Source: Chiloscyllium plagiosum
Lineage: Eukaryota
Length of the DNA stretch: 20,000 nt
Assembly (NCBI RefSeq): GCF_004010195.1
Contig: NC_057718.1
Location: 64,773,803 to 64,793,802, forward strand
Reading direction: 5' to 3'
Of this stretch, positions 1-8,480 are shown one piece after another. The notes beneath the pieces are model-generated. The model worked only from the letters and a program-made list of their open reading frames with translations. It did no database searches and was not told where the DNA came from. Position numbers and translations under genes: made by a program. Position 1 is the first letter of the stretch; each line of letters opens with the position of its first letter.

Positions 1-1059
1 CTGTGTCAAGCATTGCTTCTTAGTGCAAAGGGAGAGGCAGTCATCGTTTCATGAATAGTCAAGGGAATGGACATGTCACTGAATGGCATTATGTTACGTC
101 AATGTATACAGGGTAAATGCGTTGTATGCACTTCAACCAAAAGGCCTTGTCTGGAAGTCAGTGTCTGAAAGCCAGACCTCAGTGCACTCAGGGGGCACGC
201 AAACTCTGGAGACGACTTATGATATGTGCAGTAAGGAACTAGGAAGCACAAAGGGTTTGTAGCTTGGGAGATTGAGGTGGGAGAGTGCAGTTGCGTGGAC
301 ATGATGCATATAACACTGAGAATTGTAGTCCATGAGCCTTGTTGGGAGGTTTGTGAATTGGCAGAATTAGAGTGAGTGCGAGCACTGCAAATAGCAGGAG
401 TAACTATGACTTTTGTGGATGAGTCTCCCCTGGGGGCTTCACCTGACTGGTTATCTTTGTGAAAGTTTTTATTCGTTTTGGCTATCGTATTGTTGGTCAT
501 ACCTCTGCACTGCCCACTGCAGAAATAGCAGCAATGATTTTTTCTGGCTGGCCAAATTGGCCAAGAGAATAAATGAGAGACGACCACTGATTTGCATGGA
601 TTGAGATAGCCCACAATGCTGAGTGTCAATCCAGGAAATTTCTCGAAACCCAGAGCCTATTTGATTATCAGTGGCGCAGGAAAGATCACCAAGAAGAAAC
701 ATTTGTTTTACAAAATATTTATTGCATGATATAATAGGTACAATTTACACCAACTTGCCAGGCATCATTGCTAAGTACTCTTGGGGACAGCACAGAATAC
801 ATCTGCTCCCGTCAGGTACTTGCACAGACTGCAACTGTCTTCTCTGGAAGACTGTTTAACATCAATGTTATTCATAGAGTTCAATGAACCATGAATATGA
901 ACTCTTTCAGAACCATTTCCTTAAGAAATGTCTCCCCAAAGCTTTTCTACCCCCTTTGTTAGCCACTGTATACTCATGTATACAAATAGATTATGTTTAC
1001 CAGTAACCATCTTCTCCAAAATTTCTGACTTTACAAATGCTGGTGGACTGGATGTCAAA

Positions 1060-1521
1060 CTGAATTGAATTTATTATCACCTGTACCGAGGCACAGTGAA
1101 AAGCTTTGTCTTGCGAGTAATATAGGCAGATCACATATTAATTAGCATAGATAAGTAAATAATAGGTAAACAGCGGCAAAAACAAAAAACACAGGTATAG
1201 GCAAATGTTAAGAGTTTGTGAGTCCATTCAGTATTCTAACAACAGTAGAGTAGAATCTGTTTCGAAACCGGTTGGTGTGTGTGTTCAGGCTTCCGTACCT
1301 TCTCCCTGATGGTAGAAGTCGTAGAAAAACATTGCCAGGGTTGGATGGATCTTTGAGAATGCTGGTGGCCTTTCCTTGTCAGCAGATCTGGTAGATGAAT
1401 TCTAGAGATGGGAGGGTGGTCTTTGTGATTGTCCGGGCCGAGTTCACCACTCTCTGTAACCATCTCTGATCTTGAATGGTACAGTTGTCATCTAGACAGA
1501 ATGCTCTTGATGGCATCCCTA
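1060..1521 (-). mobile_element. Rex1/Babar-type LINE, 3' fragment (decayed ORF C-terminus plus 3' UTR and short-repeat tail)
   Basis: Manual minus-strand translation gives LQRVVNSARTITKTTLPSLEFIYQIC*QGKATSILKDPSNPGNVFLRLLPSGRRYGSLNTHTNRFRNRFYSTVVRILN, the typical Rex1/Babar C-terminus. The element ends in AATAAATTCAATTCA on the minus strand (1061-1075). Confidence 0.85.
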
Positions 1522-1599
1522 CGTTTCACAACTTTCCCAGAATGCAATCTCTTCAGACTTGGAAGAATGATAGATCTTCTACTTGAGGACTTGATTCAT

Positions 1600-2244
1600 A
1601 TCTGTAAATGCAGAGGTGATACACACTGGTTGACTGACTGCCCAAAATCTTGCCAAATGTAAATGTGATTCTATGCACTTTAGCAGGAAGAATGGAGGAG
1701 TTGATTATTATTTAAATAGAGAAAGAATGCAAAAAAGCTGCAGAGATACTGGGATTGGAGACAGTCAGAGTAAGTTCACCAGGATGATTCTAGGTATGGA
1801 GGGATTTTCTAATGAAGAGAGTTGAGTAACCTGTACTCATCGGAGTTTAGAAAATGCAATGTGGCCTATTGAAACATATAAGATACTTAGAGGTCTTGGA
1901 AGGGTAGGTGCTGAGAGGTGGTTTCCCCTTATGGGAGACTCCAGGTCCAGAGTACATATTCTTAGAGTAAGGAGTCACTTATTTAAGACAGAGATGAAGA
2001 GTTTCTTCTCTCAGAGAATAGTGAATCTGTGGAAATGTTCATCACAGAGGGCTGTCAAGGTTGGGTTGTTAAGTATATTCAAGATTGAGACAGACAAGTT
2101 TTTAAAACAGCGAGGCAATCGGGAGTTATAGGGAATAGACAGGAAAGTTAAGTTGAGGCTTTCCAGATCAGGCATGATTTCACTGAATCGTAGAGCTGAC
2201 TTATTGGGCCAAATGGCTAACTCTGCTCCTACATCTTATGTTCC
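1600..2244 (+). mobile_element. CR1-clade LINE, decayed 3' fragment
   Basis: ORF 1859-2131 (IETYKILRGLGRV...FFSQRIVNLW...IFKIETDKFL) matches the CR1 ORF2 C-terminus. The 3' UTR ends GGGCCAAATGGCTAACTCTGCTCCTACATCTTATGTTCC. Confidence 0.85.
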
Positions 2245-2542
2245 ATGAATCATTTCTCCATTGAAGGATCTTTTTTTTCTTGGCTATCCTTCACGGAGAA
2301 AGAAATTCCCAGTAGACACTGGTTATTAGTACATTACTTCATCTGGAGAACACTTAATCTCTTGAAATTCTTTGCACAGAAACTTTTCCTTGTTAATCCA
2401 GGATCTGGTATCCCACGAGAAGCAATTGGTGCAGTTACCATTGATGTTAGTAAAAGGCTTGGGCAGAGTGGGGCAGAATTGATTGAGGAAGATTAATCAA
2501 GATTGGCTCAATATTTTTTGATTACAAACTGATTGTCTCAGT

Positions 2543-2687
2543 GAACATAGAATATAGAACAGTACTGCACATCACTGATTGCTGTTGTGCTGACCTTTTA
2601 TCCTATGCTAAGAGCAAACTAACCTACATACCCTTCATTTTACTATCATCCATATGCCTATCCAAGAGTTGCTTAAATGTCTTAATG
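2543..2687 (-). mobile_element. CR1-clade LINE 3' tail fragment abutting the truncated Gypsy pol
   Basis: Tail repeats GAACATAGAATATAGAACAGTAC, followed by TCCATATGCCTATCCAAGAGTTGCTTAAATGTC (reverse complement of the CR1 ...TFK..LD..M end). Confidence 0.6.
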
Positions 2688-4770
2688 AAATACCCAGGGG
2701 TTTTTCAGAAAGGGCTTTGGACTATCAATGGGGCCAAAGCCACTTTACATGTTGACCAGGAAGCAACTCTGTGATTTTAAAAGGCCTGTCCTGTGCCATT
2801 TGCTTTGCGGGCAAAAGTAGAGGTGAAAATCAGGAGGCTGGAGAGCGAACGAATCATCAAGCCAGTGCAGTTTCCTAAATGGGCAGCACTGGTCCTATCA
2901 ATTCTGAAGCCTGATGGCCCAGTTCGCCTTTGTGGGGATTTTAAGCAAATAGTTTCTCGCAGCTGAATAAGTACCCAATCCCTCACAAAGAGGACTTGTG
3001 CCACAAAGTTGGCAGGCAGGCTGTCCTTTATGAAGCTGAACATGAGCCATGTCTATCTGCAATTGCAACTGGATGAGGAGTCCCAGACGTACGCCTGGGA
3101 CGTACGCCCACAATTAAAACCTGTAAGGGTTTATACCAATATACAAGACCAATATTCAAGACTACTATTTGGGTTATCATCAGCCTGCGCCCTTTTCCGG
3201 CAGACCATGGAGAACGTTTTATAAGGACTACCCAAGATTGCTATTCATCTGGATGACATGCTAATAACAGGGAAGACCAATAAAGAGCACTTGGAGAACT
3301 TGTTCACAGTGCTTAACATTTCTCCCATGCAGCTGTACACCTTAGAAGGGAAAAATGTGTTGTCCACGCATCCCAAGTGACCTGCTTGGGTTATAGAATT
3401 GACAAAACCGGATTACACCTGTTGGGAGATAAAGCGAGGGCAATGAAAAGAGCCCTGGTTCTCATGTCCATACCAGAGCTTAGGTCTTTCCTTGGGTTAA
3501 TAAATTATGACTTAAAATTCATTCATAAGCTTGCTTCCATCTTGGCATGCTTACACCTGCTATTGAAAGTGGGTCAATCTTGGAACTGATCACATAGCCA
3601 AGAAGTAACCTTAAGGGAAGTGAAAAAGTGGTTTTCATCATCCAAAGTGTTGATCCACTACAATCAGAAGCGAGAGGCAGTGCTGATATGCGATGCCTCC
3701 CCATACGGTATTGGAGTGGTGTCAGCTCACTGGTGGCCCAATAGTGTATGCTTCCTGGGCTTTGGTTGATGCTGAACACAAACTGCCCAGTCAGAGAAGG
3801 AAGGTTTGGCAATCATATTTGAAAGATCCACCAGTACCTTTATGGATGGCAGTTTGTAATAGCAACAGATCACAAACCCTTGCTAGGGCTACTAAAGAAA
3901 GACAAGGTGGTGCCACCCATAGCGTCTGGGAGAATTCAGCGATGGACTTTATTCTCAGCACATACAAGTACCAACTAGAACACCATCCAGGAAGGTAAGT
4001 GGCTAATACAGATGCCCTAAACTCCTCCCACTAACAGATATTCCGCCGGTCGTGTCTCCCCTGGAAGAGTCCATGCTGGATTTAAATTTCCTGGACATCC
4101 TTCCGATCACCGCTGACAATATCTGACTGCGGACACAAAAAGATCCAGTCCTAACAAAACAAAAACAGCTGGTGGTAATTGGGGAGACAGAAGGGCCATC
4201 GCAACCAGAACTAAAACCTTTCTGGACCCAGTGAGACTAGATCACTGGAGAGGACAGCATATTAATCTGGGGAGCAAGAGTGATTGTCCTGAGTAAAGAT
4301 TGCCATCAAATACTGGCTGAACCCCACCAGGGTCATCCAGGGGTTTCTAAGATGAAGGTGCTAGCAAGAAGCTATGTCTGGTGGCCAGGGTTGAATACTG
4401 ACATAGCTGTGTTGGTGGGAGAGTGCCCAAGTGCCAATAAGTGCAAACATTATCACCAGCGGCAGCCCACATTCATGGAAACTGCTGGGTAAACCCTGGA
4501 CTCAGTAACGTGTCGACTATGCCAATCTTTTCATGGGCTCAATGTTCTGGACATTGTGGATACCCATTCAAAGTGGTTCGATGTGCATAAAGTCCATTCA
4601 GCAAACTCAGGGATGATAATTGAGAAGCATCGTTCGCGATACTTCTGGAAGTATTCGTCATGGACAATGGAATGTCATTTACTGGCAGGGAATTTGAGTA
4701 TTCCTGAATTTGAACGGCATTCGGTACTTAAGGACCACTCCGTACCATCCATCATTCAATGGTCGAATGA
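2688..4770 (+). mobile_element. pol: Ty3/Gypsy LTR retrotransposon pol, pseudogenised (RT, RNase H, integrase; Mag/K02A2.6-like), truncated at both ends
   Basis: Motifs read across stops and frameshifts: PVPFALRAKVE...WAALVLSILKPDGPVRLCGDFK; LFGLSSACALFRQTME; HLDD at 3246-3257 (decayed YLDD); CDASPYGIG; TDHKPL; integrase HQGHPGVSKMKVLARSYVWWPGL; VDTHSKW; TTPYHPSFNG. Domain order RT-RH-IN indicates Gypsy. Confidence 0.93.
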
Positions 4771-4884
4771 GAGAGACAATTTTAATTCTCTGAAGATTTG
4801 GAAATGCCAGTGTTGGACTAGGGTGGACAAAGTTAAAAATCACACAACACCAGGTTATAGTCCAACAAGTTTATTTGGAAGCAC

Positions 4885-4916
4885 TAGCTTTCGGATTGCT
4901 GCTCCTTCATCAGGTG
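4885..4916 (-). ncRNA. Hammerhead-ribozyme-like core in Penelope-like UTR
   Basis: Minus strand reads CTGATGA-AGGAGCAGCAATCC-GAAA-GCTAG, i.e. CUGANGA, a short stem II (GGA/TCC) and GAAA. Confidence 0.55.
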
Positions 4917-5315
4917 ATTGTCGAGTATAAGATTGTAAGACCCAGAATTTATAGCAAAAGTTTACAGTGTTATGTAACTGAAATTATATGTTGAAAAAGA
5001 CCTGGATTGTTTGTTAAGTCTCTCATCTTTTAGAATGGACATGTTGGTTTCCATTCTTTCATATGTAAATCACAAAACCTTTTTAAAAGTTACATTTTCA
5101 AGTGAACTTTAACAATTGGTGTCATGTCAGCCCAGATAATGCATTGAAGGTGTGAGGTGCCCTGTGAGAGACTATCTGTGCCCCAATGGTCAGACTGATT
5201 CTAATCTAAAAAAGGGATTTACAGAATCTTACATGGATTCATGCAGTTTTTGAGCAAAGTAAAATGTAATTCTGCGAGTACAAAATTCACCCCACAAACT
5301 TATACGTATACATGT

Positions 5316-5600
5316 ACATGTGTGTGTGTGTGTGTGAAGGGGGTGTGGCGGTTGTTATGACTGTCCGTGAGAGAGTGTGTGTATGTGTGTGAGTGTGAGT
5401 GTTAAGGGGTATAGGTCTGTGAGAGGGTGCATGTTTGAGTGTGGGAGTGTAAGTGTGAGCGTATGAGAGAGGGTCTGGCCTCAACAGGGACCTTGGGTTC
5501 ATGTCACACTACAGGTTACCCCATTGTACTATACACACACACAGACAAACGCACACACACAGACACTCCTACAGTCACACACACTCCTACAGACGTATAC
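5316..5600. repeat. Imperfect (GT)n / (CA)n microsatellite tracts inside the Penelope-like remnant
   Basis: Runs of TG at ~5319-5336 and 5375-5460; runs of CA at ~5533-5585. Confidence 0.85.
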
Positions 5601-5627
5601 ACTCATGCAGACCCACTCTCATACGCT

Positions 5628-5709
5628 TTGTCTTTGTAGGTTTTTTTTGACTGTTAACTGTTAGTGTGTCATTGTGTTTGTCAATTTGTATAATGTTGAA
5701 TAAAAAAGA
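5628..5709 (+). mobile_element. Truncated A-tailed insert C (3' UTR-like) at the LTR TATA-like site
   Basis: GT-rich sequence ending ...GTTGAATAAAAAAGA, directly followed by TATAAACACAGGA (5710-5722). Confidence 0.5.
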
Positions 5710-5722
5710 TATAAACACAGGA

Positions 5723-6117
5723 AACTCTGCTGTCGGAGGCAGGCACTGGTTTGGAAAGTTGATTCTGGGTCAGATGGCAAACTCTGGGAGTGGCCCCTAT
5801 GTTGGGGGTGGCCCCCGTTTTGTGAGTGGATTCTGTCTTGGAATGGACTCTGCCCTTTGCGGTTAGCACTTCACCCTTATGTGTATATTGTGTTGGCGCT
5901 GTGCCTTATCATGTAAACAAGGGATTAGGGCACGTTTGTTATTGGCCACTTGGGTATGTTTTTTTTCTTCCTGGTGGTCATATACAAATAAAGTTTTCTG
6001 CACTCAATATTTCTTCACTTTTCCTACACCTACAAGTACACAAGAATGCTGGGGAGAAATAAGCACCACTGCTGTTTGGCAGTAGTATGGGGAGGGGATA
6101 AAAAAAAGAAAAAAAAA
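5723..6117 (+). mobile_element. A-tailed non-coding insert B (retroposon 3' end, probably L1/Tx1-type or a non-autonomous derivative) inside the Gypsy LTR
   Basis: Ends in an A-rich tail (6100-6117). Flanked by imperfect direct repeats TATAAACACAGGA (5710-5722) and TATAAACAGGGGA (6118-6130). Confidence 0.7.
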
Positions 6118-6251
6118 TATAAACAGGGGATTTAGAATCTCCCCAGCTCAGGGGACTGACTCTGAGCTAGCTGGCTATAGCCAGTGTACTGTGCCAAAGT
6201 AAATAAAGCTTGACCTGGTGACAGGATACTGGCCTCTGTGCAGTTATTTTA
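6118..6251 (+). mobile_element. Gypsy-type LTR remnant (TATA, R, U5), probably the 3' LTR of the pol at 2688-4770
   Basis: TATAAA at 6118, AATAAA at 6202, terminus ...GGCCTCTGTGCAGTTATTTTA. Similar in inverted orientation to 6596-6647, which ends ATTATTTCA on the minus strand. The upstream U3 portion is not visible. Confidence 0.75.
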
Positions 6252-6864
6252 TTGGACGTCAAATATTTTCAACTCTTGTACACTGAGTTCTAATGTTACT
6301 TGTAGGATACTTTGATCTTAGGAATTGTTCCATCAGGGCCATGTATTTTAATCTTTGTAGGCTGTAACTTCAGTTTCTTCAGTCATGGTATCTGATCGGA
6401 CAGTGACAGTCATTCCTGTAGCAAGCTTAATGTTTACAATGTGTCCATTAATGTGGATCTCTGAAGGTCAGATCAATTAGATCACTACTGCTGTTCAAAA
6501 CAACAATTTCTGGTTGGAATCCCTTTGGCATTTTTACTAATGGATGTATATTGATTAATGCAGGTACCTCTTTTACTGATAGTTGGTGTTCTACTTGAAA
6601 TAATTCTACAGAGGCCAGTATTCTGTCACCAATCACCCTTTATTTACATAAGGAGAGCCCTTGACACTGAGCCAGCTGCCTCAGAGCCAGCTCTCAGGGT
6701 CAACAAGATGTTTAACACCCGGTTCTTTTTTTTTCTACTGGCTGTGGACCAGCCAGCTCAGAGTCAGTTTCCTTCTCTGACACAAAATGGAGAGTCCTGG
6801 ACACTGATCCAGCTCCCTCAGACCTAGCTCTCAGAATCAACAAGATGTTTAGCACCTAGTTCTT

Positions 6865-7095
6865 TTCTGTTTCTTTTTTAAAATTTTATTAAACAATACA
6901 CAGTTTACAAGGGAGTAGAGTAGCAAAGCCAGGCCCCAAACCCGACCGTTCAACCAGTTTTCAGGGAAATGAGGACAAACCTCAAATCCCAGTTTCGATC
7001 ATTACAAAACAGTAACAATGACAATTGTACATACAAGACAGTCCAATTACATAAAAGACAGTGCATACGTTACAGATCCCCTGAAACCCAGCAAG
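6865..7095 (-). mobile_element. A-tailed non-coding insert A' (short retroposon) in the solo LTR
   Basis: Minus strand starts CTTGCTGGGTTTC and ends TTTAATAAAATTTTAAAAAAGAAACAGAAAA. It is a diverged copy of insert A (8290-8480 and 7132-7160). Confidence 0.8.
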
Positions 7096-7110
7096 TAACA
7101 CCCAGTTCTT

Positions 7111-8480
7111 TTTTTCCCTGTTTATTTTTTGATTTTATTAAACAATTCATAGTTTACAAAACAATGAATACACGGAATACAGGGAGAACTAGCCATTTGG
7201 ATACAGAACTGGCTCAAAGGTAGAAGACAGAGGGTGGTGGTGGAGAGTTGTTTTTCAGACTGGAGGCCTGTGACCAGTGGAGTGCCACAAGGAGCGGTGC
7301 TGGGCCCTCTAACTTTTGTCATTTACATAAGTGATTTGGATGCGAGCATAAGAGATATAGTTAGTAAATCCGCGGATGACACTAAAATTGGAGGTATAGT
7401 GGACAGCGAAGAGGGTTACTTCAGATTACAACAGGACATTGACCAGATGGGCCAATGGGCTGAGAAGTGGCTTAATTCAGATAAATGTGAGGTGCTGCAT
7501 TTTGGGAAAGCAAATCTTAGCAGGACTTACACACTTAATGGTAAGGTCCTCGAGAGTGTTGCTGAACAAAGAGACCTTGGAGTGCAGGTTCATAGCTCCT
7601 TGAAAATGGAGTCACAGGTAGACAGGATAGTGAAGAAGGCATTTGGTATGCTTTCCTTTATTGGTCAGAGTATTGAGTACAGGAGTTGGGAGGTCATGTT
7701 GCAGCTTTTGGAATATTGCTTGCAATTCTGGTCTCCTTCCTATCAGAAAGATATTGTGAAACTTGAAAGGGTTCAGAAAAGATTTACAAGGATGTTGCCA
7801 GGGTTGGAGGATTTGAGCTATAGGGAGAGGCTGAACAGGCTAGGGCTGTTTTGCCTGGAGTGTCGGAGGCTGAGGGGTGACCTTATAGAGTTTTACAAAA
7901 TTATGAGGGGCATGGATAGGGTAAATAGGTAAGTCTTTTCCCTGGGGTGGGGGAGTCCAGAACTAAAGGGCATAGGTTTAGGGTGAGAGGGGAAAGATAT
8001 AAAAAAACCTACGGGGCAACTTTTTCACACAGAGAGTGGTACATGTATGGAATGAGCTGCCAGAGGAAGTGGTGGAGGCTGGTATAATCGCAACATTTAA
8101 GAGGCATTTGGAAGGGTATATGAATAGGAAGGGTTTGGAGGGATATGGGCCGGATGCTAGCAGGTGGAACTAAATTGGGTTGGGATACCTGGTCGGCATG
8201 GACTGGTTGGACCGAAGGGTCTGTTTCCATGCTGTACATCTCTATGACTTTGTAACTAACATTAACAGCTGGATACAAAGAAGCAGCAATTGTACAAGGG
8301 AGAGGAGCAGCAAAGCCAGGCCCGAAACCCTACTGTTCAACCAGTTTTCAGGGAAATAAGGAACCTCAAATCCCAGTTTCGATCATTACGAAACAGTAAC
8401 AATGACATTTGTACATACAAGACAGTCCAATTACATAAAAAAACAATGCATACAATACAGACCCCCAGAAACCCAGCAAG
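7111..8480 (-). mobile_element. A-tailed non-coding insert A, split by a later CR1 insertion (parts 8480-8252 and ~7172-7111)
   Basis: Same 5' start CTTGCTGGGTTTC as A'. The 3' end reads TTTAATAAAATCAAAAAATAAACAGGGAAAAAAA. It is longer than A' by an internal segment that contains the CR1. Confidence 0.8.
7172..8251 (+). mobile_element. CR1/HER1-type LINE, 5'-truncated (RT C-terminal half plus 3' UTR)
   Basis: ORF 7234-7932 contains VTSGVPQGAVLGP, SADDTK (FADD decayed), KCEVLHFG, DLGV, LEYCLQFWSP and LERVQKRFTRM. The 3' end is GGACCGAAGGGTCTGTTTCCATGCTGTACATCTCTATGACT. Confidence 0.95.

Larger units (their letters stand above)
4800..5627. mobile_element. Penelope-like element remnant with internal inversion (minus-strand 3' UTR/pseudo-LTR ~4800-5477; plus-strand ORF end and UTR ~5477-5627)
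   Basis: The plus strand at ~5477-5515 encodes GLNRDLGFMSHYR, a Penelope-like ORF C-terminus. AGCGTATGAGAGAGGGTCTG (5458-5477) is inverted at 5608-5627. (GT)n and (CA)n tracts mirror each other. A hammerhead-like core lies at 4889-4913. Confidence 0.8.

Noticed and set aside
2370..2515. Possible additional very old CR1 3' fragment
   Set aside because: The similarity is too weak to support by eye.
2688..4770. Domesticated Gypsy-derived gene
   Set aside because: Multiple stops and frameshifts, and an HLDD active site.
5287..5639. His/Thr-rich ORFs
   Set aside because: They are translations of CA/GT microsatellite tracts.
6252..6265. Primer-binding site after the LTR (TTGGACGTC)
   Set aside because: Only TGG matches, and no gag-like sequence follows.
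7234..7932. 232-aa ORF as a functional gene
   Set aside because: It is a 5'-truncated CR1 RT with the catalytic motif altered (SADD) and in-frame deletions near 7470 and 7705.
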